In this document: piece after piece, positions 27,156-37,641 of the stretch
How the letters are laid out: each line of letters begins with the position of its first letter
Numbering within the stretch: position 1 is the stretch's first letter
Source of the DNA: a virus
Taxonomy: Duplodnaviria > Caudoviricetes
Strand: one strand, 5' to 3'
DNA: 56,258 bases
IMG/VR virus record: IMGVR_UViG_3300046170_000034
Coordinates: 1 to 56,258 of that record
Notes under the pieces: model-generated
Database searches by the model: none
The model's input: the letters and a program-made list of their open reading frames with translations, nothing else
What the model was told of the DNA's origin: nothing
Position numbers and translations under genes: made by a program

Positions 27156-29294
27156 TTGCCTCTTACAAAGTTACAGTTTAAGCCGGGTATCAACAGAGAT
27201 GTTACTTCGTATAGCAACGAAGGTGGGTGGTATGACTGCGATAAGATACGCTTTCGCTTTGGCTACCCTGAGAAAATGGGCGGCTGGGAAAAGTATTTGT
27301 CCAGCACCTACCTCGGGTCTGCTCGTGCCTTGCACAACTGGATCGCGTTAGATGGCTCTAACTACTTAGGTATAGGCACACATCTTAAATACTACATTGA
27401 AGAAGGTCAGACCCTAAACGACATAACGCCTATCAGAGCTACCACAAGTGCAGGTGACGTTACCTTTTCAGCTACAAACGGCAGTAAAACAATTGCTGTA
27501 GCTGATGTAAACCACGGTGCTGATCAAGGTGCCTTTGTAACTTTTTCTGATGCGGCCTCTTTGGGCGGCACAGTTACCGCCGCAGTTCTAAACACAGAAC
27601 ACACAATCACCCGTGTTGTTAATGGAAGCAACTATGAAATAGAAGTTACCGCCGCCGCTAATGGTAGTGACACAGGTAACGGTGGGTCAAGCACCGTGGG
27701 CGTATATCAGATTAACGCTGGCTTGGATTCTGCTGTCGGTGGAACTGGGTGGGGTGCAGGCTCGTATGGTGGTACTACAACCTCGGGCCTTGTTACCACT
27801 CTTAATGAAGACCTAGACGACAGCGAGACCACTATTACTGTCACCAGTGGCACTGGCATCGCAGCTAATGATGTAATCTTAATCGAAGAAGAACTAATCA
27901 AGGTCGGCGGCGTGTCTACCAATGATCTAACGGGGTGTACTCGTGGTCACTTAGGTACAACTGCGGTAACGCATTCTAATGGTCTTACCGTTCAGCTAGC
28001 GGTAGGTAATGCAAACGCCAGCAGTGACTTTACTGGGTGGGGAGTAGCTTCTGCTGGTGGTCTTACGACTACTACTCAGATACGTTTGTGGTCACACGAC
28101 AACTTTGGCGAAGACCTACTTATAAATCCTCGTGACAGCCTTATATTTTATTGGGACAGAACCAACAGCACTAGCACCAGAGCCATTGAATTAAGCACTA
28201 TTACAGGAACAAAAACAAGTGTTCCCACCAAGGTCAAGCAGGTGCTTGTTTCTGATCAGGACAGGCACGTTATTGCATTTGGCTCTGACGGTTTGGGTGC
28301 AAACTCTGGTGCCACACAGGGCGATGGTGTGCAAGATCCATTGCTTATTCGTTTTTCTAGTCAAGAGAATCCTATCGACTGGTTCCCGTCTGCCACCAAT
28401 ACAGCAGGCGACCTTCGCCTTGGTGCAGGCTCTACCTTTGTACAAGCTGTAGAAACCAAGCGTGAGATCCTAGTTTGGACGGACACCGCCCTTACTTCTA
28501 TGCGTTTTATTGGCCCGCCATTTACCTTTGGCCTACAACAGCTAGCCTCGAACATTACTATTGCAGGTCCTAATGCAGCGGTAGGAACCGAGGACGTTGT
28601 ATTCTGGATGGGCATCGATACATTCTACATCTACGCTGGTCAGACACAGCAATTACCTTGTTCTGTAAAGGACTATGTGTTCACCGACTTTAACATTGAG
28701 CAACGCGAGAAAGTATTTGCGGGTGTTAACTCAGAGTTTTCAGAGGTGTTCTGGTTCTACCCATCAGCAGGAAGCGTGGATAACGACAAGTATGTTGTGT
28801 ACAACTACGCAGAAAAAGTGTGGTACTACGGTGATCTATCACGAACTGCTTGGATTGACCGAGGCACTAAGTTCTACCCCGTGGCCGCTGGTGGTCAGTA
28901 CCTATACAACCACGAGTTTGGATACGATGACGACGGGTCAGCAATGAATTCGTATATCGAGTCTGCGGCAATCGACATCGGTGATGGTGATAAGTTTGCA
29001 TATATAAGCAAGCTAATACCTGACCTGACATTTGTTGGATCTACAGCACTTAGCAGTCCACAGGCAACCTTTACCGTCAAAGCACGTAACTTCCCCGGTG
29101 CTTCGTTTGACGCAGACACAGTGTCCGGTGATGCAGTTCGCACAGCATCGTCTCCTGTTGAGACATACACTAACCAATTGTTCTTGAGGGCTAGAGGTAG
29201 ATCTTTTGCGCTCCGAGTGTCGGCTGATGCCGTGGGTGCAAAATGGAAGCTGGGTAGTCCACGTATTGACATTCGCCAAGACGGGAGACGCTAG
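27156..29294 (+). CDS. Tail nozzle / packaged-DNA stabilization protein (P22 gp10-like)
   Basis: AGGAG and TTG start; FKPGINR, KIRFRFGYPEKMGGW, beta-propeller-like WSHDNFGE and LLIRFSSQE; ends DGRR. Confidence 0.75.
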   Translation: MPLTKLQFKPGINRDVTSYSNEGGWYDCDKIRFRFGYPEKMGGWEKYLSSTYLGSARALHNWIALDGSNYLGIGTHLKYYIEEGQTLNDITPIRATTSAGDVTFSATNGSKTIAVADVNHGADQGAFVTFSDAASLGGTVTAAVLNTEHTITRVVNGSNYEIEVTAAANGSDTGNGGSSTVGVYQINAGLDSAVGGTGWGAGSYGGTTTSGLVTTLNEDLDDSETTITVTSGTGIAANDVILIEEELIKVGGVSTNDLTGCTRGHLGTTAVTHSNGLTVQLAVGNANASSDFTGWGVASAGGLTTTTQIRLWSHDNFGEDLLINPRDSLIFYWDRTNSTSTRAIELSTITGTKTSVPTKVKQVLVSDQDRHVIAFGSDGLGANSGATQGDGVQDPLLIRFSSQENPIDWFPSATNTAGDLRLGAGSTFVQAVETKREILVWTDTALTSMRFIGPPFTFGLQQLASNITIAGPNAAVGTEDVVFWMGIDTFYIYAGQTQQLPCSVKDYVFTDFNIEQREKVFAGVNSEFSEVFWFYPSAGSVDNDKYVVYNYAEKVWYYGDLSRTAWIDRGTKFYPVAAGGQYLYNHEFGYDDDGSAMNSYIESAAIDIGDGDKFAYISKLIPDLTFVGSTALSSPQATFTVKARNFPGASFDADTVSGDAVRTASSPVETYTNQLFLRARGRSFALRVSADAVGAKWKLGSPRIDIRQDGRR

Positions 29295-29524
29295 TGTCAA
29301 GCAACCAGATAGCACCGCCTAGACTACCGGAAGCACCCGCAGATTATTCTGTCCAGTATATGCAAGACTTAATCCGTACATTAGAACTGTTTATCGCACA
29401 GGAACGGAACCCCGGGGAGCTTCGCGGAACAAAAATAACATTAACGGCGTTGCCTACATCGGCAACTGGACTTGAGGCTGGAGCACTGTATAATGACAGT
29501 GGCACTGTAAAGGTAGTAACCTAA
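29294..29524 (+). CDS. Small protein downstream of nozzle
   Basis: GTG coupled start; PRLPEAP...LPTSATGLEAGALYNDSG. Confidence 0.7.
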   Translation: MSSNQIAPPRLPEAPADYSVQYMQDLIRTLELFIAQERNPGELRGTKITLTALPTSATGLEAGALYNDSGTVKVVT

Positions 29525-30318
29525 TGGGACTGTTTAGCAAAATCACTGATATGGTAAAAGAAGCGGCACCCGTTATTGGTGGTGTCGTTGGTTTTGGAAT
29601 GGGTGGTTCAATCGGTGCGGCTATCGGATCTGGGATCGGGGGTCTTGCTTCTGGTCAAGAGGTTAACGAAGCTTTGAGAACAGCCGCTATTGGCGGCGCA
29701 CTGGGTTTAGGAGCAGAAGGTTTAGGTTTTAGTAAGGCCGCAAAAGGCGGCTTCTTACCTCAGATGCCGGGTGCAGCGTTGCCGCAGGCCGCCACACAAA
29801 TAGCTAATTTACCGCCTGAATTAACAACGGGTCAATTTAACGGCTCTGTTCAACCGTCGATGTTCGACAAAGCTCTTGGTTTTGCCAAAGAAAACCCATT
29901 CATAACCGCTGGTGGAATCGGTGCGCTAGCCATGTTAGGATCAACGGCCAAGGAAGAAGAAGCGGCAGGAAACTTGCGTCCATTTGCTGAAGGTAAAGTT
30001 ATTTCTACGCCCGTTACTACGCGAGAAGGCAGACGCCTTGATCTATCTAACCCAGAAGATCTTGCCTTGTATAAAGAAGACAAAGCCCAGTTCCTAGATC
30101 CGGAGTTCGAGTATTCCGAAAATGAACTAAGGCGCTATTATCATGGTGGTGAGGTATCGGGTCCCGGTACTGGGACCTCGGACTCTGTAGAAGCTATGCT
30201 ATCTGACGGAGAATTTGTAATGACAGCCCAAGCTGTTCGTGGTGCAGGTGATGGAGATAGGGATATCGGAGCGGCACGAATGTATGATATGATGGCTGAA
30301 TTGGAGGCACAAGCGTAA
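29524..30318 (+). CDS. Internal virion / ejection protein
   Basis: Gly-zipper N-terminus; YHGGEVSGPGTGTSDSVEAMLSDGEFVMTA motif. Confidence 0.7.
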   Translation: MGLFSKITDMVKEAAPVIGGVVGFGMGGSIGAAIGSGIGGLASGQEVNEALRTAAIGGALGLGAEGLGFSKAAKGGFLPQMPGAALPQAATQIANLPPELTTGQFNGSVQPSMFDKALGFAKENPFITAGGIGALAMLGSTAKEEEAAGNLRPFAEGKVISTPVTTREGRRLDLSNPEDLALYKEDKAQFLDPEFEYSENELRRYYHGGEVSGPGTGTSDSVEAMLSDGEFVMTAQAVRGAGDGDRDIGAARMYDMMAELEAQA

Positions 30319-31217
30319 TGGCAGTTCAAACCGTAGAGCAGATAGCAAGACTTCCTGAGTTTCAGGAACAGTACCTTGCTGACTTATTGAAACAGGCAAC
30401 CACCGTATCTGAAACAGGTATGCCGTATGCCCCTGCCCAGCTAGCAGATTTAGACACCCTCCAGCAAAAGGCTATCACAGCGGGTGATAAAGGTGTTGGC
30501 TCATACGTTCCCTTCCTACAGCAAGGTCAGGCGGCTATTGAGGGCGGGATTGCCACAGCAGGCGGTGCTCCAGTTACGGGCACGTCGTACCAACAGTTTA
30601 TGGATCCGTATCTTGAGGACGTGGTTCAGCAACAATATGCCGACATTGCAGAGCAGGGTGCCGTTCAGCAGAATCAACTCGGTGCTAGTGCCGTTGGAGC
30701 GGGAGCCTTTGGTGGATCTCGTCAGGCCGTGGCACAGGGACAGATAGCTGGTGATGTGCTAGAGCAACAGGCTCGCACAGGTTCACAGCTTCGTACCGCA
30801 GGTTTTGCACAGGCACAGCAGTTAGCCCAGCAACAAGCACAACAGAAGCTACAGCAGGCACAGCTACAGGGTGCTCTGGGTCAAGGCATTGCAGGTCTGG
30901 GTCAGCTTGGTCAGCAGATGGCTGGTCAGGACATCAACACACTGCTAGGATTGGGCGGACTACAGCAACAGCAGACACAGCAGGGTCTGAATCTGGCACA
31001 GCAGAATGCACTAGCACAACAGCAGTTGCCGTTCCAGCAGGTTGGCTTCTTGTCAGATATCTTCCAAGGTGTTCCAGCATTGCAGTCAACATACAGCACC
31101 ACACAAACACCGGGACCTAGCGCAACATCACAGTTGCTAGGACTTGGGATCGCGGGTCTAGGTGCGGCAGGTCAAGCCAAAGGGTTTGGAAATCTGCTTA
31201 ATTTCGGGAGATCGTAA
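30318..31217 (+). CDS. Q/G-rich DNA ejection (pilot-like) protein
   Basis: FMDPY...GAFGGSR, Q-rich helices, C-terminal Gly-rich hydrophobic segment. Confidence 0.7.
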   Translation: MAVQTVEQIARLPEFQEQYLADLLKQATTVSETGMPYAPAQLADLDTLQQKAITAGDKGVGSYVPFLQQGQAAIEGGIATAGGAPVTGTSYQQFMDPYLEDVVQQQYADIAEQGAVQQNQLGASAVGAGAFGGSRQAVAQGQIAGDVLEQQARTGSQLRTAGFAQAQQLAQQQAQQKLQQAQLQGALGQGIAGLGQLGQQMAGQDINTLLGLGGLQQQQTQQGLNLAQQNALAQQQLPFQQVGFLSDIFQGVPALQSTYSTTQTPGPSATSQLLGLGIAGLGAAGQAKGFGNLLNFGRS

Positions 31218-33370
31218 TGAACCCTATGAACCGTAGAATGTTCCGAGATCCGATGGCCGCTCGTCAGGCGTCGGGTATTCTTGCGTCATCACCGCAGTTG
31301 GCTAATGTAGTTCAACAGCGCCAGCCTGTACGTATGCAGGCAGGTGGATCACAAGAGATTGCTGTCTTGGCACAAGCGGCGGGTCAGGGTGACATGAGTG
31401 CCGTTGCTAAACTACAAAGCATTGCTTCAAGCAACACAACTCCTGCCGCTCTACGTAGCGCGGCGGCAGAAGTTCTAAACCTTCCAAGCATTAGCAGAAT
31501 TGCAAACCAAAAGCAGTATGCCAAAGATTTCTTTTCTAGCATTCGCAAGGGGCCGGAGAGTCAGGTAAACGTAGGTGTTGCAGGAATAGATAACAGCGGT
31601 TCGTTCATAACGGCTGGCGTTAACCCTAATGCGTTATCAAATGTTTTGTCTGATGCTACAGGTCGTAAGCCGGGAACAAATGTTTTGGGTAAGTCTCCTG
31701 AGTCTCAGGTTGATATAGGCACTTCTGGTATTGCAAATATTGCAGATCAAAAGCAATACGCTAAAGATTTCTTTTCCAGCATTAGAAACACGCCAGCAAG
31801 CATACAAGACAGAACGGCTTCATTGCCTATGACTAGAAAAGACATGTTGGCTAAAACTGAAAAGTTTAGGCAAGACAAACAAAACATAGCGGCGGCAAAT
31901 CAAATGGAATTAGATCCATTTGTTAAAGCGGCCATCGCCCAAAGGTTAGAAAACCAAGCTAATGTAATGGGCACTGCTCAAGACAGCGAGTTCATGGGTG
32001 CCAACACATCAGTTAATCCCACAGATCGTTTGGTGGATAGTTCCGGAGCCGTAAGTGTTATTCCAGAAGAGCGCCTAAGACTGGATGCCGCACCAGCAAA
32101 AACAGTTGCAGAAAGAATCGCTGAAGCGAAAGCGGCTCAAGAAGCATTAGCACCAAAAACAAGTACGGGCACAAACACAGCAGAAGACACTGTTACAACT
32201 GTTACAGCGCCGACGGTGGGTAAGAAGAAAGACGCAACTGTTACAGCGCCGACGGTGGGTAAGAAGAAAGACGCAACTGTTAAAAAAACCGGAGACGCAG
32301 TTGTTATTCCAGAAGAGCGTCTAAGACTGGATGCGGCAACGGCAGAGGATCCACCTAAAAAGAAAGCTGGTGAACGAACACTGAAGGAAGTGTTGGATAG
32401 CTTTTCTAATCTTCCAACGAAAGAACAGAAAAAAGGTGTTGCTGAACCTTCAAAGAAACAACGAGTCGAAGAAGAATACAATATTCTGAAAGATTTGATT
32501 GGTTCTGAAAAAGCAGAGGATATACGCACGAGCGCAAACTACAATCTGATTATGACAGGTCTTATGATTGCCGCTGGCGAGGATCCAAACGCGCTTGTGA
32601 ATATAGCTAAAGGTTCAGCCGCTGGATTAGCAGGGTATGGCGAAGCTATAGGAGAAGCCGCCAAAGAAGAAAACGCAGAAGACAGAGCATTGAAAATTCA
32701 GGCTGCATCGACTGTTACTCGTCGGATGGAAACAGAGGCGGCTAACAAATTTACCACTTCTGAGCGAGAGGCTAATCAAATTTTCCGCGCTAATGAAACC
32801 GATAGACTAGCTATAATTAATGATTTTGCGGCAACAAAGGACCGCGATTGGCGTGGACTTGAGAACCAAAAAGGCATCGATGCCACCGCCGCGCAAAACA
32901 AAGCCAACAGGCAATTACAGGCTGATATTGCTAACGCGACAAATGCTAGGCAAATTAAACTTGCAAAGGATAACTATGCCTTTTCAGCCGAGCAGGCTAG
33001 GCAGGGAAGATTGTTTGATCTAAACAAGCTTTCAATAACCACAGAAATTGCGGCACAGGCACGTATCGACGAACAAGAATTCCGTAGGGAACTTGCTGAG
33101 ATACCAACGGGTACTCAAGCTATATACGAGAAATACTTAACTCCCGAGCAGGTTGTTACTGCACTAACACGAAAAGGTAATTTAGGTGAAATGCTTTCAC
33201 CTCCGAGCAGAGGTCGATTCCAAAGCGAATTTTTGAAAGACGAAAACAGAGTGATTAAAGCAACCGATCAAATATCGCAAGGACTAGGTATAGAGCCAGA
33301 TGCCGTTACTGACGTCATGATCATGAAATTTGCTGGTAACATATATGATCAGTCAGGAATCAGCGGTTAA
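31217..33370 (+). CDS. Internal virion / ejection protein with internal repeats
   Basis: 717 aa; MQAGG motif; duplicated QKQYAKDFFSSIR and VIPEERLRLDAA segments. Confidence 0.7.
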   Translation: MNPMNRRMFRDPMAARQASGILASSPQLANVVQQRQPVRMQAGGSQEIAVLAQAAGQGDMSAVAKLQSIASSNTTPAALRSAAAEVLNLPSISRIANQKQYAKDFFSSIRKGPESQVNVGVAGIDNSGSFITAGVNPNALSNVLSDATGRKPGTNVLGKSPESQVDIGTSGIANIADQKQYAKDFFSSIRNTPASIQDRTASLPMTRKDMLAKTEKFRQDKQNIAAANQMELDPFVKAAIAQRLENQANVMGTAQDSEFMGANTSVNPTDRLVDSSGAVSVIPEERLRLDAAPAKTVAERIAEAKAAQEALAPKTSTGTNTAEDTVTTVTAPTVGKKKDATVTAPTVGKKKDATVKKTGDAVVIPEERLRLDAATAEDPPKKKAGERTLKEVLDSFSNLPTKEQKKGVAEPSKKQRVEEEYNILKDLIGSEKAEDIRTSANYNLIMTGLMIAAGEDPNALVNIAKGSAAGLAGYGEAIGEAAKEENAEDRALKIQAASTVTRRMETEAANKFTTSEREANQIFRANETDRLAIINDFAATKDRDWRGLENQKGIDATAAQNKANRQLQADIANATNARQIKLAKDNYAFSAEQARQGRLFDLNKLSITTEIAAQARIDEQEFRRELAEIPTGTQAIYEKYLTPEQVVTALTRKGNLGEMLSPPSRGRFQSEFLKDENRVIKATDQISQGLGIEPDAVTDVMIMKFAGNIYDQSGISG
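32196..32282 (+). repeat. 39-bp in-frame tandem repeat (2.2 copies)
   Basis: CAACTGTTACAGCGCCGACGGTGGGTAAGAAGAAAGACG twice, then CAACTGTTA. Confidence 0.95.
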
Positions 33371-33390
33371 AACTTAGTTGGAGGCGGCCT

Positions 33391-36300
33391 GTGGAAGAAG
33401 ATGATCTTTTCAAGGGATTGATTGATGACCCCGTAGCAGACGAGGGTCTTACAGAAGATTCTCTTTTTGAGGGTCTTGTGGATGGAGCCGTCATGGCTCC
33501 TGCACAACCGGAAGTGGCCGACGAGCAAGACGAGGGCGTAGTTCAAGAGGCTATAGAAGGCGCAATTTCTGGACTTATAGCTATACCTCAAGGGATTCTA
33601 GAACTTGGTGCTATTGGTGTAGATCTTGCGGCGGGAACCAGTCTTTCATCTGCTGTGACAGAAAAAGCAGAAGGTCTAAGAGAATACTTAGGTCTCGATC
33701 CTACTGGTCTTGTTGGTAAAGGCACGGAAGCTATCTTTCAATATGCCATTCCCGGTCTTGGAGCCGCAGGCGTTGTAAGTAAACTTAGTAAGGTAGGAAG
33801 ACTATCCAAAGCTTTAGGAAAAGGTAAGGCGTCACCATTAAAAAACAAAGACGGTACACTAGGGTTAACACGCGGAGAAAAGCTTGGCCTTGGTGCACAG
33901 CAAGTTGCCGCCGCAGGTCTAGCTGATGCTGTTGTGGCTACTGACGGTACAACTACTATTGCAGACTTCTTTGAGGGCGGTCCCACACAAACTGATCAAG
34001 AAATAGGGTTGGCAGGTCGTGAAGAGGCGCTTCGCAGGTTAACCAATAAATTATCCGTGGGTGCAGAGGGCGCTGCGGCAACTATAGTTGCACCAGCAAT
34101 TCTTGCCGGAACCGCAAATGTAGCAGGTCGTGCACTTACTCAAGACACTATAGCTGGTGTTACCAACCCACTTGCAAAAGGTGTTCAGCTAGCGGCAAAG
34201 ACTACTATCAAAGGCGGTCAAAAAGTAAAAAAAGTTTTTGATGACGCAGAAGCGGATCGTATATTCCGCCCTGAACAACAGGGTGCTCTGGGTCAGGGAC
34301 TAGCTGGGTTGTCATCTATATTTAGATACAGAAGTTTTCTTCCTGAAAGAATTGCGGAACAGCGTTCTTTAATTTCTGGTGATGTAGAAGCTCAGATCAA
34401 AGGTGCTAAGTCTGTGCTTGCTGGTCTAGATAAAGAGATAGATGTTGTTTTAAAAGAAGCCGCAAAAGTTACATCAAAAAAAGACTCGCCACTTATCCGT
34501 CAAAAGATTTTTACTAACCTCGAAGAGTTTATGACAGGGCCTACCAAGGAAGCCAGACTTCGTGCCTTTGACGAACTGCCTGAAAACGTACAGCTTAAAG
34601 CAACTGAAATGCGTAAGCTTGTCGATAGGTTAAGTAACGACGTATTAAATAGTAACTACGTAAAGTCTTTAGATGGGGTTTCCGGGAAAAAAGGTTCGGG
34701 GATCACGGACATGGGAGCTGCGCTCAGATCCGAAATCGAGGAAAACTTAAATAAGTATCTTCGTCGTCGCTACCGCATCTTTGAAGACGCTAAATATGTG
34801 CCAACGGAAGAATCTATTGAGGCTGGTATAAAAGGATTTATGGGCAGTAAGCGTCAGACAATTAAAGAACTGTCGCGCCTTGTTAATAATAAAGCAGTTC
34901 CTGCTGAAAACAGAGCGGGACTGATGGAAAAGTACGGCCTAATTGGCGACCTTGATGACCCCACTAGCTTTAGGCTTGTGGGTGACGAGGTAACTCCAGA
35001 GCAAGCAAAGCAAGCTGTAGATGAATTCATAAAAAGACACCGCCCAAGAACAAGCAAAGGTCAAACTACTTTTACCTCTAGAGTAGAAGAGTTTGGGATC
35101 CAGCCCGGCATGTTTAAACAGCGCATGCAAAGGTCAGACTTTAAACGCGCACTACTGGGTGAGGTGTCAGACACTAGAGAAGCATTTCTTGGAACTGTGT
35201 CTGATCTAGCTGAGTTTCGTGCTGTTGATGACTACTTTGGCAGTATCGCAAATGCTTCTAGATCAAGTGAAAACATGAGTAAGTTTTTTGTGTCACCAGA
35301 AAAACTTCGACTTATGAATCCCGATGAATTAGACAACTACGTAGTTTTAGGCAAGGGCGATGACGTAGGAGACTCTGCGTGGGGGTCTTTGCAAGGCTTC
35401 GCTGTTCCTAACGCTTTGTATAACGACATGACCCGCTTGGTTATAAATGACATGGGCACGTCCGGTAACCTTGCAAGAAAAGCATACTCCGGATTCCTGC
35501 GATTAAAGTCGGGAGCGCAATACGCAAAGACTGTTTTATCTTTTACCACGCAAATACGTAACGTAACCTCTGCCGGACTTATGGCTTTGGCTCAAGGTAA
35601 TGTTGGTAAAGGCGCCAACCTCGGTGAATCCGTTCGTCTTGTGATGGATGACATCTTCGACATGAAACCAGAAGATGCGTTACGAGAACTACAGGAAGTG
35701 CAGGCTCTTGGTGTTACAGGAACGCAAGCAGAGTTACGAGAACTACAGGATCTTATCAAAAAAGGTCTAGGCTTTACCGAAGACGCGACTGTCGATGGGG
35801 TAAAGGTGGGTCGTAAGTTTGGCTCCTCGCTAACAGATAGCACGCTTGGTTCGTTTATATCCAAAACAGGAAAGGTTGCTCAGAACTTATATCAGGGCGG
35901 TGACGACGTTTGGAAAATATACAACTACAAGTTTGAGCAAAATAAGTTACGTAATGCTTTACGTTCGGAGACTTTGGAAAACCAGTACAAGGCACTCAAC
36001 GGGGCACCCGTTCAGCAGGGTACGGAAATAACCTCTGACATGGTAAACCGAGCATATAAAGAAGAAGCTGCACGGATCGTAAGAAATACAGTTCCTAACT
36101 ATAACCTAGCTCCAGAGGCCATACGCGGTCTTCGTAAACTACCTGTCGGTAACTTTATCACTTTTCCATACGAGATTCTTCGGACAGGTGTTAACACCAT
36201 TTCTCGTGCGGTTGATGAACTTGCTAGTGACAATGCCGCTATCAGGCAAATAGGATTGCGTCGCATAACCGGAGCCATGTCAACCTACGCTATTGCTCCT

Positions 36301-37641
36301 ATGACGTTGAAGAACTATGCGCATGAAGTTAGTGGTGTTTCAGAAGATGAGCTAGATGCATACCAAAGATCTATCGCCATGCCTTGGGAACGTAACGCAC
36401 GTTTGATTCCTACTGGGCGAGATGAAAATGGTTTACCTACATACATTAATTACAGCTACACAAACCCATATGACCTACTTGAAAAAATAGCTGTTGCTGC
36501 GTTTAACAAAACAGAAGAAGGTAGACTACAAGGTAAACCCAGTGCTCAGATAGTCTTTGAGGCAGCGCAGGCTCCTTTTGCCGAGTTGTTTGCCCCGTTT
36601 ACAGAAGAGTCTATTATAACAGGTAAGATACGTGACGTTTTGGATCCTGAGTCGGAAACTTTAGGTGTCCGTCAGTTGGCTCAGTTAGCAGGTGGTAGAG
36701 CAGGTAATACAATAACTGGTGCTCGAGTTTATAACCCCGAAGATTCCGCTGGAGATAAATTAGCAAAAAGTTTTGCTCATGTAATCGATGGAGTAATGCC
36801 GGGCAGTTCGCCAATTGATGTGCGGTCAGGTGAAGTTGAACTCAGTAGATTTGCTCGCGCCTTCTTAAATGACACAGGACTGTCGGAAGAGTTTAATATC
36901 TCGCCCAAAGACAGAGCCGGGCTAGAGCTAGACTTGTCGGAAGAGTTAGCACGAGTTATTAGTGGTGTAGGCGAACGAAAGATTGACGCCCCTGTAGGTC
37001 TTAGATTTAAGGGGTTTGAGTTTGGGCGTGCAAGACAAAATGCAAAGAACATTGTAAACACAGTAGCTAATCGTAGAAACGTAGTTAGCTCTGATCTAGT
37101 TGATGCGTACCGCGCATCAGAGGAAGCAACCTTCCGTGTTCAGAATCAAATGTTTAGTCTAATAGAAGACATGAAGAAGATCGGTATGTCTCGAGGACAA
37201 ATCAGAAAAACGTTGAAGAACGCTAATGTATCCGGAATAACCGAGATACTACAAGGTCGGTATGTACCTCCTAAAATTACTAGTGTTATAACAGGGAACA
37301 TGCGTCGCAACGAAACGATAGATCAATACAGAAAGGCTAGACCCGAGATCGAAAAAATTAGAAGAGAGGCGCGGTCTCGTAAGTTTGGTGTTGCTGAAGA
37401 AGAAACTTCAGTATCCGTTAGTGCTCCTGTAGCTCAGACAGAGGACGCGCTGTTTGAAGGACTGCTAGATAATGTAGCACCTGTATCACAGGCTCCAGCA
37501 AGTACGACCTCGAACCTCGGAACTTTACCTGCGGCATCAGGCCAGTCAAGTGCAGCCGCAAGAACAAACCCTGCACTTCTTGGTGGTGGCAACCCGCTTG
37601 ATATATTAAAGAATCTAGTGATTGCTCAGAGGAATCCATAA
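33391..37641 (+). CDS. Large internal virion / ejection protein
   Basis: GGAGG and GTG start; 1416 aa, helical; last structural gene, the usual position of the largest podovirus ejection protein. Confidence 0.75.
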   Translation: MEEDDLFKGLIDDPVADEGLTEDSLFEGLVDGAVMAPAQPEVADEQDEGVVQEAIEGAISGLIAIPQGILELGAIGVDLAAGTSLSSAVTEKAEGLREYLGLDPTGLVGKGTEAIFQYAIPGLGAAGVVSKLSKVGRLSKALGKGKASPLKNKDGTLGLTRGEKLGLGAQQVAAAGLADAVVATDGTTTIADFFEGGPTQTDQEIGLAGREEALRRLTNKLSVGAEGAAATIVAPAILAGTANVAGRALTQDTIAGVTNPLAKGVQLAAKTTIKGGQKVKKVFDDAEADRIFRPEQQGALGQGLAGLSSIFRYRSFLPERIAEQRSLISGDVEAQIKGAKSVLAGLDKEIDVVLKEAAKVTSKKDSPLIRQKIFTNLEEFMTGPTKEARLRAFDELPENVQLKATEMRKLVDRLSNDVLNSNYVKSLDGVSGKKGSGITDMGAALRSEIEENLNKYLRRRYRIFEDAKYVPTEESIEAGIKGFMGSKRQTIKELSRLVNNKAVPAENRAGLMEKYGLIGDLDDPTSFRLVGDEVTPEQAKQAVDEFIKRHRPRTSKGQTTFTSRVEEFGIQPGMFKQRMQRSDFKRALLGEVSDTREAFLGTVSDLAEFRAVDDYFGSIANASRSSENMSKFFVSPEKLRLMNPDELDNYVVLGKGDDVGDSAWGSLQGFAVPNALYNDMTRLVINDMGTSGNLARKAYSGFLRLKSGAQYAKTVLSFTTQIRNVTSAGLMALAQGNVGKGANLGESVRLVMDDIFDMKPEDALRELQEVQALGVTGTQAELRELQDLIKKGLGFTEDATVDGVKVGRKFGSSLTDSTLGSFISKTGKVAQNLYQGGDDVWKIYNYKFEQNKLRNALRSETLENQYKALNGAPVQQGTEITSDMVNRAYKEEAARIVRNTVPNYNLAPEAIRGLRKLPVGNFITFPYEILRTGVNTISRAVDELASDNAAIRQIGLRRITGAMSTYAIAPMTLKNYAHEVSGVSEDELDAYQRSIAMPWERNARLIPTGRDENGLPTYINYSYTNPYDLLEKIAVAAFNKTEEGRLQGKPSAQIVFEAAQAPFAELFAPFTEESIITGKIRDVLDPESETLGVRQLAQLAGGRAGNTITGARVYNPEDSAGDKLAKSFAHVIDGVMPGSSPIDVRSGEVELSRFARAFLNDTGLSEEFNISPKDRAGLELDLSEELARVISGVGERKIDAPVGLRFKGFEFGRARQNAKNIVNTVANRRNVVSSDLVDAYRASEEATFRVQNQMFSLIEDMKKIGMSRGQIRKTLKNANVSGITEILQGRYVPPKITSVITGNMRRNETIDQYRKARPEIEKIRREARSRKFGVAEEETSVSVSAPVAQTEDALFEGLLDNVAPVSQAPASTTSNLGTLPAASGQSSAAARTNPALLGGGNPLDILKNLVIAQRNP

